Part shown: positions 9,492-19,477 of the stretch, one piece after another
How the letters are laid out: each line of letters opens with the position of its first letter
How positions within the stretch are numbered: the first letter of the stretch is position 1
From: Actinomycetota bacterium
GTDB lineage: Bacteria > Actinomycetota > Humimicrobiia > Humimicrobiales > Humimicrobiaceae
DNA length: 28,750 nt
Reading direction: 5' to 3'
NCBI GenBank assembly: GCA_014360385.1
Contig: JACIXO010000001.1
Location: 1 to 28,750 of the forward strand
Position numbers and translations under genes: made by a program
The notes under the pieces: model-generated
What the model was told of the DNA's origin: nothing
The model's database searches: none
The model's input: only the letters and a program-made list of their open reading frames with translations

Positions 9492-9597
9492 TTTTTGCAC
9501 AAACTTTGCATTAAATTTACCGAGTTTTGGCACATCTTTCCCTTATCTTCTTTTACCAATATAACTTTAGTTCTGGCTTTTTAACCCATGGCTAAAT

Positions 9598-10392
9598 TTA
9601 ACCCTTCTTCAACCAATCTCCCTTTAACTCTCCAATTTCAGAAACTAACTTCCTCACAAAACATTTTACCTGAGTTAATGCAATGCTATTCGAGGGAAGA
9701 TCAAATATGCTTTCACCTGAAAGATCCATCTCAGATATGCTTGCGTCCAAATTTACACAAGAAAGAATCTCGAGTCCGGTCTTCTTTATAGATTCGATAA
9801 GCTTTACATCCAGTTCTGAATTTACTCTGTTAACAATGAGAAGAATTCTCCCAATCTTAAGTTTTAACTCCAAAGCTAGGTCTCTGATTCGTGACGCTGT
9901 AAGTATTCCCTTAGGAGAGAAATCAGAAACTATAAGAAGAAAATCTATATCTCTGGTCGTCCTTCTGCTTAAGTGCTCCATTCCAGCCTCATTATCCATA
10001 ACTACCCAGTTATAATTTTCCTGAAGCACATCTATATACTTTCGGAAAAGGGTATTGGCATAACAATAGCACCCAGGTCCTTCACCTCTCCCCATAGCCA
10101 ACAAATCAAATCCATTACCTTCCACAAGAGCCTGATGGATATTCATTTCCACAATCTGGTCCTTATACATCCCTTTTGAATAACGAGGAGCATCCCTCTT
10201 AAATTCCTCTCTCAAGGACCCTACGGTTTTCGTAATCTTGACCCCCAAAACCTCATTAAGATTTGAATTGGGGTCAGCATCAAGAGCTAATACTGGAGTT
10301 TTTCCCTCTTCTATCAGACTTCTAATTATAAGAGCACATAGAGTAGTTTTTCCTGTTCCACCCTTTCCTGCTAAAGCTACACTTATACTCAA
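9598..10392 (-). CDS. cooC: CooC/AcsF-type nickel-insertion ATPase for CODH/ACS maturation
   Basis: 264 aa. Deviant Walker A 'GKGGTGKTT', 'DADPNSNL', metal-binding 'GPGCYC', 'DNEAGMEHLSR'. TTG start with AGGAG SD. Confidence 0.93.
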   Translation of the reverse strand: MSISVALAGKGGTGKTTLCALIIRSLIEEGKTPVLALDADPNSNLNEVLGVKITKTVGSLREEFKRDAPRYSKGMYKDQIVEMNIHQALVEGNGFDLLAMGRGEGPGCYCYANTLFRKYIDVLQENYNWVVMDNEAGMEHLSRRTTRDIDFLLIVSDFSPKGILTASRIRDLALELKLKIGRILLIVNRVNSELDVKLIESIKKTGLEILSCVNLDASISEMDLSGESIFDLPSNSIALTQVKCFVRKLVSEIGELKGDWLKKG

Positions 10393-10394
10393 AG

Positions 10395-12350
10395 CTATCT
10401 CCTATCTCTTCCTCTCAAATTGTTCATCGAATATATAAGCTCTTCCACGGTAGGAAAGTCCTTTAAGTCTGTATATGGCAAAAAAAGACCAGCCACATAT
10501 CTATCCATGAACTTCATGTTTACACTTAATTCGATATATGTAATTTTATTCGCAATCTCCAGACTCTTCTTGTACTTTTCCTCAGAAAGTAAGCTAAGAT
10601 AAGCTCCAGTCACCGAAGTATTTCCCAAAAAATGGTATTTACTTATATCTATGTCCGGAAGCATGCCTATAACAATTGCGTTTCGAATGTTTAAATGTTT
10701 TCCAAGTCCACCAGCTATATAGATTCTGTCAAGGTCATAAACGTTTAAATCAACCTCCTCTAAAAGTGTCTTAATTCCCGCATAAATAGCAGCCTTGGCT
10801 CTCATCAGATTATTGATATCGACCTCACTTATAAATATAGATTTACCTGTGGCACTATCCCTGGCATCTACAATAATATACCTTAAATCTCCATCAACAC
10901 ATTCAAGATATCTGTTTCCTATATCTCTATTAAATTTGCCCTTTCTATCTATAACACCTTTAAGATACATTTCACCAATGATATCAATTAGTCCAGACCC
11001 ACAGATTCCCCTGGGCTTACCTCCTCCAATCACTTCGACCTCACATTTATAAGTCTCTTCATCTATCCATACTTTCTCGATAGCACCATCAACCGCCCTT
11101 ATCCCACACTTAACTCCTCCGCCCTCAAAAGCAGGGCCAGCAGAACAGGAGCATCCCATCATCCACTCCGAGTTTCCCACTACAAGCTCTCCATTAGTAC
11201 CCAGATCTAAAAATAAGGTTAATTCTTTCTGACAGGCCATGTCTGTAGCCAGAACCCCTGAAGTAATGTCACTGCCAAGATAGCTTGCTACACCTTTCAT
11301 ACTGTAAACCATTGCATTTCTTATATGTTTTATTCCAACCTCTTCGGCTGTTGAATTTGGAAATCTATTAGCCACTGTGACATAAGGTTCCTCTCGTATA
11401 TACCTGGGCGGAACACCATAGAAAAGATGCATCATGGTAGAATTGCCAGCTACCACAACAGATACAATACTATCAGGATCAACACCGCTATCGAGAAGTA
11501 AATTCCATATTAAACTATTCAGGCAGTCCACCACTACTTCTCTAAGCTTATTCAATCCTTCCTTTCTGGTAGAATATACTATCCTATTTATAATATCTTC
11601 CCCAAACTTTATCTGGGGGTTATATTCAGACGCAACGCTCAAGATATCCCCATTTTCAAGATCAACAAGATACAGGACAAGGGTAGTGGTTCCAATATCA
11701 ATAGCTATTCCATAACATTTCCTGTCAACTTCTCCTGCCTGGATATCTATTAATGTTCTGTTCCACTTATCCACAGTAACTGTAACTGTCCAGTTCTTTT
11801 CTCTCAATACATTTGGCAGAATTCTCATGATGTGAATTGGAACAACACAATCCTCTATTCCCAAGCTTTCCTTGATAGCCTTCTGCAACCTAAATAGGTC
11901 GCTCGTGCCATAGCTAAAAGATGGCTTCTCCACTTTCAACCATTCTTTAACTATCCAGGGCTTTACCTCTATCGAAGAAAACTCTCTTTTGCTTATCCCA
12001 GCATAAATTTTGGATGGTCTTTCTCCCAGCTCTCCCTTTTCTATTTTACCCTTCTGCTTCACCCTTTCTGGAACATATACAACCAGATCGCTCTTTACCC
12101 TCGCCTGGCAGGAAAGAACAAACCCATTTTCTTTTTCTTTCTTGCTTATAAATTTGGGGAAGTCTTTGGTTTCTACAGTACCCTCTATTATCTGAACTAC
12201 ACATCTTCCGCAGGTACCAGCTCCGCCACAGGAGGAGTCTATATCCAGTCCACAGTCAAGAATGGCCTGCCTGAGATTATAGTTGGGATCTATAGTAATA
12301 GACTTGTTGCTGGGAAGAAACTTTATGAAATATTTCTTCACTCTATTCAT
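10395..12350 (-). CDS. acsV: Reductive activator of corrinoid Fe-S protein (RACo/AcsV; 2Fe-2S ferredoxin + ASKHA ATPase, DUF4445)
   Basis: N-terminal 'CGGAGTCGRC...LSCQ' 2Fe-2S domain, 'IDIGTTT', 'DLGTNGE', 'SAGPAFEG', 'GICGSG', 'IAGGLG'. Start placed at the ATG at 12350 (MNRVKK); the ORF is open to a TTG at 12416. Confidence 0.93.
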   Translation of the reverse strand: MNRVKKYFIKFLPSNKSITIDPNYNLRQAILDCGLDIDSSCGGAGTCGRCVVQIIEGTVETKDFPKFISKKEKENGFVLSCQARVKSDLVVYVPERVKQKGKIEKGELGERPSKIYAGISKREFSSIEVKPWIVKEWLKVEKPSFSYGTSDLFRLQKAIKESLGIEDCVVPIHIMRILPNVLREKNWTVTVTVDKWNRTLIDIQAGEVDRKCYGIAIDIGTTTLVLYLVDLENGDILSVASEYNPQIKFGEDIINRIVYSTRKEGLNKLREVVVDCLNSLIWNLLLDSGVDPDSIVSVVVAGNSTMMHLFYGVPPRYIREEPYVTVANRFPNSTAEEVGIKHIRNAMVYSMKGVASYLGSDITSGVLATDMACQKELTLFLDLGTNGELVVGNSEWMMGCSCSAGPAFEGGGVKCGIRAVDGAIEKVWIDEETYKCEVEVIGGGKPRGICGSGLIDIIGEMYLKGVIDRKGKFNRDIGNRYLECVDGDLRYIIVDARDSATGKSIFISEVDINNLMRAKAAIYAGIKTLLEEVDLNVYDLDRIYIAGGLGKHLNIRNAIVIGMLPDIDISKYHFLGNTSVTGAYLSLLSEEKYKKSLEIANKITYIELSVNMKFMDRYVAGLFLPYTDLKDFPTVEELIYSMNNLRGRDRR

Positions 12351-12669
12351 TATGAAGATTGAGATTTTTACAAAGGTACAGATTTTCAGGTATTTCCTTC
12401 TAGGAAGTTGCCTCAAAAATTATATTATATGCGACTCCAAAAATCAAAGACATAGACTTACCCCGATAACGTGGAGTTTTTTACATCTTTAGAAAGCATC
12501 TCTTTTTCTCGGGATAGGAAAACAAACTACTGGATCAGGATGGGCGTTAAGAAAACAGTTTGAAGGCGAAGTGGGCATGGAATTGGAGATGCTTTCATAC
12601 CTTTACATTTTATATTTTTATATTTTTTATACTTTTTATGCAATTTATTACTCCTCGTGTATTCTTTAT

Positions 12670-14568
12670 CTATTTTGTATCTATCCTGTATATACTCAAA
12701 AAGGCCTCTCCTGGTATTTCAACTTTTCCAATTTTTTTCATCCTTTTTTTGCCTCTTTTCTGTTTTTCAAGTAGCTTTATTTTCCTTGTCACATCTCCTC
12801 CATAAAGCTTAGCAGTTACATCCTTCCGCAGAGCTGATAAACTTTCTCTAGCAATGACCCTTTTCCCAATAGAAGCCTGGATAACTACTTCAAAAAGCTG
12901 TCTTGGAATCTGCTCTTTTAGCTTCTTAACAAGTTCCCTTCCCAGATAATAAGCCTTGTCCCTGTGAGTTATAACTGAAAGATCTTCCACTTTTTCGCCT
13001 GCTACTATCATATCCAGTTTTACCAGATCAGAGGGCCTGTATTCTAAAAACTCATAGTCTAAAGACCCGTATCCTGAGGTTATTGACTTTAGAAGATCAA
13101 AAAAATCAACAATCATCTCAGAAAGAGGAATAGTGTACTTAAGATTTGCTCTTTCTTCCGAAATATACTGCATATCAACAAAATTTCCTCTCTTCCTGTT
13201 AGCAAGCCCCATAACTTCCCCAACATATTCTTTCGGGGTTATTATAGTAGCTAAAACATACGGTTCCTCGACCTTCAGTATTTTTTCCTCTGAAGGAAAG
13301 TCAGATGGTTTTTTTACCTCAATAACATCTCCATCAGCTTTCGTAACTTTATAAACAACATTTGGAGTAGTAGCTACAAGTCTTAAGTCATATTCTCTCT
13401 CCAGCCTTTCCTTGACTATTTCCATATGAAGCATTCCAAGAAACCCACATCTAAACCCAAATCCTAATGCTGAGGAAACTTCAGGGATAAATTCAAGAGA
13501 CGAATCATTTAAGGATAACTTTTTCAAAGCTGCCCTCAAATCCTCGTAGTCTCCACCTTCGACAGGGAAAAGTCCACAATAAACCATTGGCTTTGGCTTC
13601 TTATAACCAGGTAGGCTTTCGGGAGCAGGGTTCTGAAAATCAGTTATCGTGTCTCCCACCATGATATTATCAACCTCTTTTATGCCAGTTATAACATATC
13701 CGACCTCTCCTGCAATCAGCTTGTCCTTACCCATCATTTTGGGAGCAAAAATTCCAAGTTCTTCCACTTCAGCTACAACATTTTCAGCCATAAATTTAAT
13801 TTTCATTCCCTTTATTATCGAGCCGTTTACTATTCTTACCAATGCAACAACCCCTCTGTAAGAATCATACTGGGAATCAAAAATTAATGCCTGAAGAGGG
13901 CTTCGTATATCTCCTCCTGGAGGTGGGATATCTACAACCACTCTTTCCAATACATCCTCTACCCCATAGCCTGTTTTAGCACTAATTCTTAGAATCTCAT
14001 CTTTCTTTATGCCAAGGATTTTACTAAGTTCTTCTGCAACTTCATCAGGTCTTGCACTTTTTAAGTCAATCTTATTTATCACAGGAATAATTTCTAACCC
14101 GTTTTCAAGTGCCAGATGAACATTTGCAATGGTCTGGGCCTGGACACCCTGTGTGGCATCAACCACCAGTATCGCTCCCTCGCATGCTGCAAGGCTCCTC
14201 GAGACCTCGTAGGTAAAATCAACATGTCCTGGGGTATCAATTAAATTGAATATATATTGCCTGCCATCCAGCTTACAGTTATAGAGTACCCTCACTGCAT
14301 GGGCCTTAATAGTTATTCCCCGCTCTCTTTCAAGCTCCATATCGTCAAGGTACTGGTCAAGCATTTCTCTCGGGCTAACTGCTCTGGTCAATTCTAGAAT
14401 TCTATCTGCAAGGGTAGATTTACCATGATCTATGTGTGCAATTATAGAGAAATTTCTTATTAATTCTTGCTCACTTCTCTCACTACTATTTGTAACCTCA
14501 CTACTATTTGTAACCTTATTAATATTTGTACCCTTACTACTATTTTCAATGATATTTTCTCTGGTCAT
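12670..14568 (-). CDS. lepA: Elongation factor 4 (LepA)
   Basis: 632 aa. '[20 protein letters not shown]', 'ERERGITIK', 'DTPGHVDF', C-terminal '[13 protein letters not shown]'. About 30-aa repetitive N-terminal extension. Confidence 0.98.
   Translation of the reverse strand: MTRENIIENSSKGTNINKVTNSSEVTNSSERSEQELIRNFSIIAHIDHGKSTLADRILELTRAVSPREMLDQYLDDMELERERGITIKAHAVRVLYNCKLDGRQYIFNLIDTPGHVDFTYEVSRSLAACEGAILVVDATQGVQAQTIANVHLALENGLEIIPVINKIDLKSARPDEVAEELSKILGIKKDEILRISAKTGYGVEDVLERVVVDIPPPGGDIRSPLQALIFDSQYDSYRGVVALVRIVNGSIIKGMKIKFMAENVVAEVEELGIFAPKMMGKDKLIAGEVGYVITGIKEVDNIMVGDTITDFQNPAPESLPGYKKPKPMVYCGLFPVEGGDYEDLRAALKKLSLNDSSLEFIPEVSSALGFGFRCGFLGMLHMEIVKERLEREYDLRLVATTPNVVYKVTKADGDVIEVKKPSDFPSEEKILKVEEPYVLATIITPKEYVGEVMGLANRKRGNFVDMQYISEERANLKYTIPLSEMIVDFFDLLKSITSGYGSLDYEFLEYRPSDLVKLDMIVAGEKVEDLSVITHRDKAYYLGRELVKKLKEQIPRQLFEVVIQASIGKRVIARESLSALRKDVTAKLYGGDVTRKIKLLEKQKRGKKRMKKIGKVEIPGEAFLSIYRIDTK
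14479..14550. repeat. 18-bp in-frame tandem repeat (2 perfect + 2 degenerate copies) in the lepA 5' end
   Basis: ctcactactatttgtaac at 14479-14496 and 14497-14514. Encodes [24 protein letters not shown]. Confidence 0.85.
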
Positions 14569-16148
14569 ATCCTCTGTTTTTCCTTCAAACCTTTTAATAA
14601 ACTTATAACAAATCGTGACTCATCCATTTTAAACAAAATAGTACATCCTGCATATACCCCTACACCAAGAGCTATCACTCCAAACAAAATGAGTATAAGA
14701 ACCCCCACGCCTCGATAAGCAAGGGCATCCAAATGTTTCCAGACAAAAAATACAACCGTCCCCATTATCAAGGAGGAAAGAAATATTTTAATGTAAGAAA
14801 CAACGATCCTCTTACCATCCAGACTACCAACCTTTTTTCTCAAAACTATTAGAAGAATTACCACGTTGCATATTGCTACAAGAGAGGTTGAAAGAGCAAG
14901 CCCTCCAGCACCCATAAACTTCACCAGAATCCAGTCAAGTATAAAATTAACCACTATCGAAATAAGAGCTACCTTCAAAGGTGTATACACATTTTTAAAA
15001 GAATAGAAAATCCTGTTCAAAATCATAAGTAGCCCAAAAAATAAAAGTCCTATACTATGAAAAATCAAAATGGAGGAAACCCTTTCGGTATCAGAAGCAC
15101 CGAATTGGTTGTATTCAAATAAGAGTTTTATTACCGGATGACTAAGAACAATAAGTCCCACAGTAGCCGGCACCATTACGTAACCTATTTCTCTTATGCC
15201 CAGAGAAAATGTTTCCTTGAGCCCTCTAAGGTCGCCCTCACTTGCTTGCCTTGAGAGAAGAGGGTAAAGCACGGTTATTATAGCAACCGAAAAGACCCCA
15301 AGGGGAAGATTAGCAACTCTCCAGGAAAGAGTGAGAGCCGTTGTATTACCAGCTCCGAGGTTTAAAGCAAAAAAGTTATCTACCCCATTATTAAGCTCAA
15401 CAGCTCCAAGGCTCAGAAGAATTGGAAGAGCCATAGAAAAAAAATCCTTAACGGGCTTACTTCTAAAATCTATCCCGAAGCTGTACTTTATTTTCGAAAC
15501 TCTAAGCTGTGGTAGCTGGATTGCAAGATGAAAGACTGAACCAACCATTACACCGAGAGCCATGCTTACAATCCCTGTTCGAGCTGAAAGAAAAATAATA
15601 AAAATAATAGTAATAACGTTCATAGCAAGAGGTGCTACAGAAGGAGCTGTAAATATGTAGTGGGAATTTAAAATACTCGCTGCTAAGCCAGAAAGACTCA
15701 TTGTCAGCATGGAAAAAATCATTATCCTGCTCATCAAAGAAAATCTTGTTATGCTAAGCTCACTACCAGTTATTCTGGAAAGCAGAACTCCTATTTGTGG
15801 AGAAAAAATAAAAATTATTGTGGATATTACAAAGAAAGCCAAAATCATTACGTTTAAAACAGAGTTCACAAACAATTCCAGCTCTTTCTTTTTCTCATCC
15901 CTGTTGATATAAGAAGAATAAATGGGAATGAAGGCAGCAACAATCAGTGACTCGGCAAAAAGAATCCTAAAAAGATTGGGTATGAAATAAGCCCAGGTAA
16001 AGGCATCAGTGTCATAGTTTATACCAAAATAACCTGCCATTATCTGGTCTCTTACCAGACCCGAGACTTTGGATAAAAGTGTAGCAATTATTACTATGAC
16101 AGTAGCCCCAAAAATTCTTTTCCTGGAAATCAGGTATTCTTCCTGCAT
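14565..16148 (-). CDS. murJ: Lipid II flippase MurJ (MviN)
   Basis: 527 aa polytopic membrane protein. '[10 protein letters not shown]', '[17 protein letters not shown]', '[10 protein letters not shown]'. ATGA overlap with lepA. Confidence 0.93.
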   Translation of the reverse strand: MQEEYLISRKRIFGATVIVIIATLLSKVSGLVRDQIMAGYFGINYDTDAFTWAYFIPNLFRILFAESLIVAAFIPIYSSYINRDEKKKELELFVNSVLNVMILAFFVISTIIFIFSPQIGVLLSRITGSELSITRFSLMSRIMIFSMLTMSLSGLAASILNSHYIFTAPSVAPLAMNVITIIFIIFLSARTGIVSMALGVMVGSVFHLAIQLPQLRVSKIKYSFGIDFRSKPVKDFFSMALPILLSLGAVELNNGVDNFFALNLGAGNTTALTLSWRVANLPLGVFSVAIITVLYPLLSRQASEGDLRGLKETFSLGIREIGYVMVPATVGLIVLSHPVIKLLFEYNQFGASDTERVSSILIFHSIGLLFFGLLMILNRIFYSFKNVYTPLKVALISIVVNFILDWILVKFMGAGGLALSTSLVAICNVVILLIVLRKKVGSLDGKRIVVSYIKIFLSSLIMGTVVFFVWKHLDALAYRGVGVLILILFGVIALGVGVYAGCTILFKMDESRFVISLLKGLKEKQRI

Positions 16149-16221
16149 AAAATTTTGTTTACAGATTTCATGTACACGGTTTCTTTTAAATTGTTGCTTT
16201 TCTACAAAATTGCGCAGCCGG

Positions 16222-16252
16222 TTGTTATTTCATAATTGGTTGCTATTATAAT
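16222..16252. promoter_or_regulatory. Candidate divergent promoter region for rpsT (+) and murJ (-)
   Basis: TTGTTA at 16222-16227. Overlapping TATAAT hexamers on both strands at 16245-16252. Confidence 0.35.
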
Positions 16253-16363
16253 AAATATTTTTATTTTTTAAAAAAAATGCTAAAATAAGTGGCCATTAAA
16301 ATCCTTTAACCTGTAACCTATAAACTAAAGCTTTTTATATTATCTTGGAGGGAAATTAGTACT

Positions 16364-16630
16364 ATGCCAAATATCAAATCTCAGGAAAAACGGGACAGAC
16401 AAAACAAGAAAAGACAGTTAAGAAATAAGGCTTTAAAAACCAGGATAAAAAATCTAAGAAAAAAGCTGCTTCAGGCAGTTGAAAGTAAAGATACTGAGCA
16501 AGCAGAAGGACTGTTAAGTTCTCTGTTTAAAGCACTGGATAAAGCAGCTAAAAAGAATGTGGTTCACAAAAACTTTGTGGCTAATAAAAAGTCTAAGGCA
16601 GCAAAATTGGTAAACTCTCTGAAATCTTAA
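16364..16630 (+). CDS. rpsT: 30S ribosomal protein S20
   Basis: 88 aa, basic. 'MPNIKSQEKR.RQN.KRQLRNK', 'LDKAAKKNVVHKN.VANKKS'. GGAGG SD 12 nt upstream. Confidence 0.97.
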   Translation: MPNIKSQEKRDRQNKKRQLRNKALKTRIKNLRKKLLQAVESKDTEQAEGLLSSLFKALDKAAKKNVVHKNFVANKKSKAAKLVNSLKS

Positions 16631-16705
16631 CGCCACCAACTTTTTATAAAATTAGCTCTTACACCTTTACAATCAGGGCTCATTTCGAGCTTCTAATTCA
16701 AGCCT

Positions 16706-17728
16706 CTAATCCTCTAATATTTCAAGGATTAGCATGTTTGCAAGGTTTATGCTTTCCTCTATAGTAGCTTTTCTAAATTGGATATCATAGTGATTTAATA
16801 TGCCAAAAATCCGTATTATATCTTCTTCGGAATAGTTTTTACTGAACTTCTCATATTTTCTAACAAGTTCATCAATAAAATACTCCTTTGCACTTATATT
16901 TTTTCGGAGATAATCTTTTACACTTCGTCTACCATTTTCATATTTAAGATACATAAGACACTTAAACATCCTATAAAGAAGAGTTACCATCCCGATTAAA
17001 CTTTTCTTTCCATCTATCATATCCTTGAGAGCTTTGAGCGAATTTCTTTTGTCTTTAACGCCAACAAAATCTACAAGGTCAAAAACCTTCAAAAAATAAG
17101 TTCGACTTATAAGAGATTTGGCTATTTTCTCATCTATCAGCTTTTCTTTCTCCGAAATCACATAGGTGTGTAACTTCTCATATTCAAGTTTCAGCGAAGT
17201 TAAATCTTCCCCTACACTTTCTAGCAGGAGATTTGAGGCCTTTGTTGTGAACTTTATTCCATCAAGTTCTGATTTCTCTTCCAGCCATTTCTTAAGCTCT
17301 GTAGCTGGTGGACTTTTTATATCTTCAACTTTTCCTATTCTCTCAACTAACTCCATCAGCTTCGAACCAGGTTTGCTTTTCGTGGAAGTAAGAACAAAAA
17401 CAATATCTTTACTTTCTTCAAGCTTGTCAATGAGTACATCAAGAAGGTGTGATGGCAAGCGCTCTACATTTTTAACTACCAGAAGTTTACTGGTAGAGAA
17501 AAAGGAAGGAGTGCTCATGAAATTTCTGAAATCATATTCGTCTATTTCGCTTGACGCATCAAAAACTCTAAAATCAGTATCAAAATTAATTTTACCACCA
17601 AAAATTTTCTTTATTCTGTTGACTTCCTCCTCAAGAACATAGCTACTTCTGCTTATGAAAAGATAGCATTTTTCTAAATCTTCCAGTTTTGGTTCTGACT
17701 TTTTAACCCTTCCTGCTTTTCTATCCAT
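16706..17728 (-). CDS. holA: DNA polymerase III subunit delta
   Basis: 340 aa. 'TPSFFSTSKLLVVK', 'VGEDLTSL..EYEKL', 'VFDLVD'. Canonical comEC-holA-rpsT position. Confidence 0.88.
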   Translation of the reverse strand: MDRKAGRVKKSEPKLEDLEKCYLFISRSSYVLEEEVNRIKKIFGGKINFDTDFRVFDASSEIDEYDFRNFMSTPSFFSTSKLLVVKNVERLPSHLLDVLIDKLEESKDIVFVLTSTKSKPGSKLMELVERIGKVEDIKSPPATELKKWLEEKSELDGIKFTTKASNLLLESVGEDLTSLKLEYEKLHTYVISEKEKLIDEKIAKSLISRTYFLKVFDLVDFVGVKDKRNSLKALKDMIDGKKSLIGMVTLLYRMFKCLMYLKYENGRRSVKDYLRKNISAKEYFIDELVRKYEKFSKNYSEEDIIRIFGILNHYDIQFRKATIEESINLANMLILEILED

Positions 17729-19380
17729 CTTTCTCTAATTTTATTTTTTCGATCATAACTGCGAGTAAAACAAGAGACAAAAGCCAAGCACATAATAAGT
17801 CCAGTATAATACAATATTATATATTTAGCCTTAAAACAATCTATAGAAATAACACTTATCTTTCTCTCTCCTAAAAACCGAACCACCTCGAGTATATACT
17901 TTATGAGAAGCCAGGCTGGTTTTATCAGCACTGCACCGAAAAAATAATGTAAAAGACCCAGAATAGAGGAAGCAAAAAGAAGAAATAAAACTGCATAAAA
18001 AACAGGGATAACCATGAGATTGGAAAGAATGGACACCGTGGAGACATCTCCAAAAAAATGAAAAAGAAGAGGCAGTATAGAGATTTGAACAGAAACATTT
18101 GAGATTACAAGAGCCATCCAGGAGCTTCTAACTATTCTAGTTCCAGGTCCTGGAAGCCATATTTGTATTATTTTTTTTAGTAAGGGGTTTAGAAAAATTA
18201 TTGCAGCCATAGATACAAAAGATAGCCAGAATCCTGAGTCATACCAGAAGAATGGGTTGGATAAAAGCATAAAAGTGTAAGTTAAATACAATACTATTTT
18301 CATACTGTATTCTCTACCAAGCCATCTTCCCAGAATCACAAAAATCCCCATAATAGTAGCACGCTCCACACTTGCTTTTTCCCCGACCAGAAAATTGTAC
18401 ATAAAAAGAAACAAGATCATCACCCCGAATGTAAACCATGAAAAATTCGTTTTTCTAAAAGCCCCCAAAAAATAGACTAGTATTGAGATATGCAAGCCCG
18501 AAATTGCAAGGATATGAAACACTCCACTTTTCCTGAAATCAGACTTGATACGAGTCGAAATGCTTAAGGTGTTTCCCAGAAATAAGGCTTCAGCAATTGA
18601 TGCACTCTCAAAATCCAGATTTCTGTAATAAATAGTCTTAAGGTATCGATAGACTCGCCTTCTTAACGCAAATATCCTTCCACCTATACCAGCCTCTTCA
18701 ATTCGCTCAATCCTGGAAGGCAAACATGTGAAATAGTCTCGCTCCATTTCAACTCTCACCCTTATATAATCATCCCTTTCCACAAATCCGGGATAACAAT
18801 TTTTCACCTTTACTTTTGCCGTGCCTTGAACTTCAATTAGCTTGAGAGTACTTTGAGGATTCATAGATTGAAGTTCCATAGATCGAAGTTTGGTGCTCTC
18901 ATACGAATTTTCATCAGATTTCATTTTCATAGAAGTAATTACTCGCTGCACATCTAATATAAAATATAGGTTTCCGTTTTTAAACCGGGGATGATCTGAA
19001 ATCCTTCCTTCCAAACTCAGGGCTTTATTTTCAAATACTTCGTTTCCATCTGGAAGTTCGCATCCAGCACGAAACCAGGAAAGCAAATCACTGGCTTTTC
19101 TGTGAGTGCTTACCACACATACAATGTAACCAAGAATCAGAAAGCAAAGCATGGAAACAAGGACAAGTAACCATTTAAGTCTTGATGGAAATTGTCCTGG
19201 GAAAGACTGCTTTCTTTTGAGAACTAAAAGTAAATAGAACAAGAGGAGCAGTAAAGATAAGAAGGGAGTTAGAATAAAAAAATAGAACAAGCCAAAAACA
19301 TCAAAATTAAATGGATATCTACTCCCAAGATAAAAACCTAAACTTACGCCTACTGCCCATGCTAGATAAATTTCCCCCAT
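17674..19380 (-). CDS. comEC: ComEC/Rec2 competence channel (DUF4131 OB-fold + Competence domain, no C-terminal MBL domain)
   Basis: 568 aa. 'FRKSGVFHILAISGLHIS', 'ASVERATIM', 'GFWLSF', 'SILSNL'. Overlaps the holA start by 55 nt. Confidence 0.92.
   Translation of the reverse strand: MGEIYLAWAVGVSLGFYLGSRYPFNFDVFGLFYFFILTPFLSLLLLLFYLLLVLKRKQSFPGQFPSRLKWLLVLVSMLCFLILGYIVCVVSTHRKASDLLSWFRAGCELPDGNEVFENKALSLEGRISDHPRFKNGNLYFILDVQRVITSMKMKSDENSYESTKLRSMELQSMNPQSTLKLIEVQGTAKVKVKNCYPGFVERDDYIRVRVEMERDYFTCLPSRIERIEEAGIGGRIFALRRRVYRYLKTIYYRNLDFESASIAEALFLGNTLSISTRIKSDFRKSGVFHILAISGLHISILVYFLGAFRKTNFSWFTFGVMILFLFMYNFLVGEKASVERATIMGIFVILGRWLGREYSMKIVLYLTYTFMLLSNPFFWYDSGFWLSFVSMAAIIFLNPLLKKIIQIWLPGPGTRIVRSSWMALVISNVSVQISILPLLFHFFGDVSTVSILSNLMVIPVFYAVLFLLFASSILGLLHYFFGAVLIKPAWLLIKYILEVVRFLGERKISVISIDCFKAKYIILYYTGLIMCLAFVSCFTRSYDRKNKIRERWIEKQEGLKSQNQNWKI
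18862..18891. repeat. 15-bp in-frame imperfect duplication inside comEC (KLRSM-ELQSM)
   Basis: catagattgaagttc / catagatcgaagttt. Confidence 0.65.
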
Positions 19381-19444
19381 TAAATTCTTTTAAAAAATCA
19401 AAATTAGTGCGATGTGATATATTCTCCACAAAATTTTCATTGAA

Positions 19445-19470
19445 ACCTCATAAAAAATTTTTATAGAGGT
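19445..19470. other. Bulged AT-rich hairpin between comEA and comEC
   Basis: acctc-ataaaaa-a-tttttat-a-gaggt. Confidence 0.35.
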
Positions 19471-19477
19471 ATGATAT

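Noticed and set aside
9484-9502. Rex or CRP/FNR box upstream of acsD
   Set aside because: Spacing (19 bp) and half-sites do not match the canonical consensus. Kept only as an unspecified palindrome.
12351-12416. Longer acsV start at TTG 12416 (MRQLPRRKYLK...)
   Set aside because: The extension precedes the ferredoxin domain, has no SD and looks non-coding. The ATG at 12350 fits the domain start better.
12536-12552. THF-riboswitch-like GCGTTAAG motif
   Set aside because: The flanking AGUAG and GGGAUG elements are missing, and on this strand there is no downstream gene to regulate.
12560-12805. Hydrophobic plus-strand ORFs 12560-12805 and 12571-12774
   Set aside because: They derive from low-complexity T-rich spacer DNA and overlap the lepA 3' end antisense.
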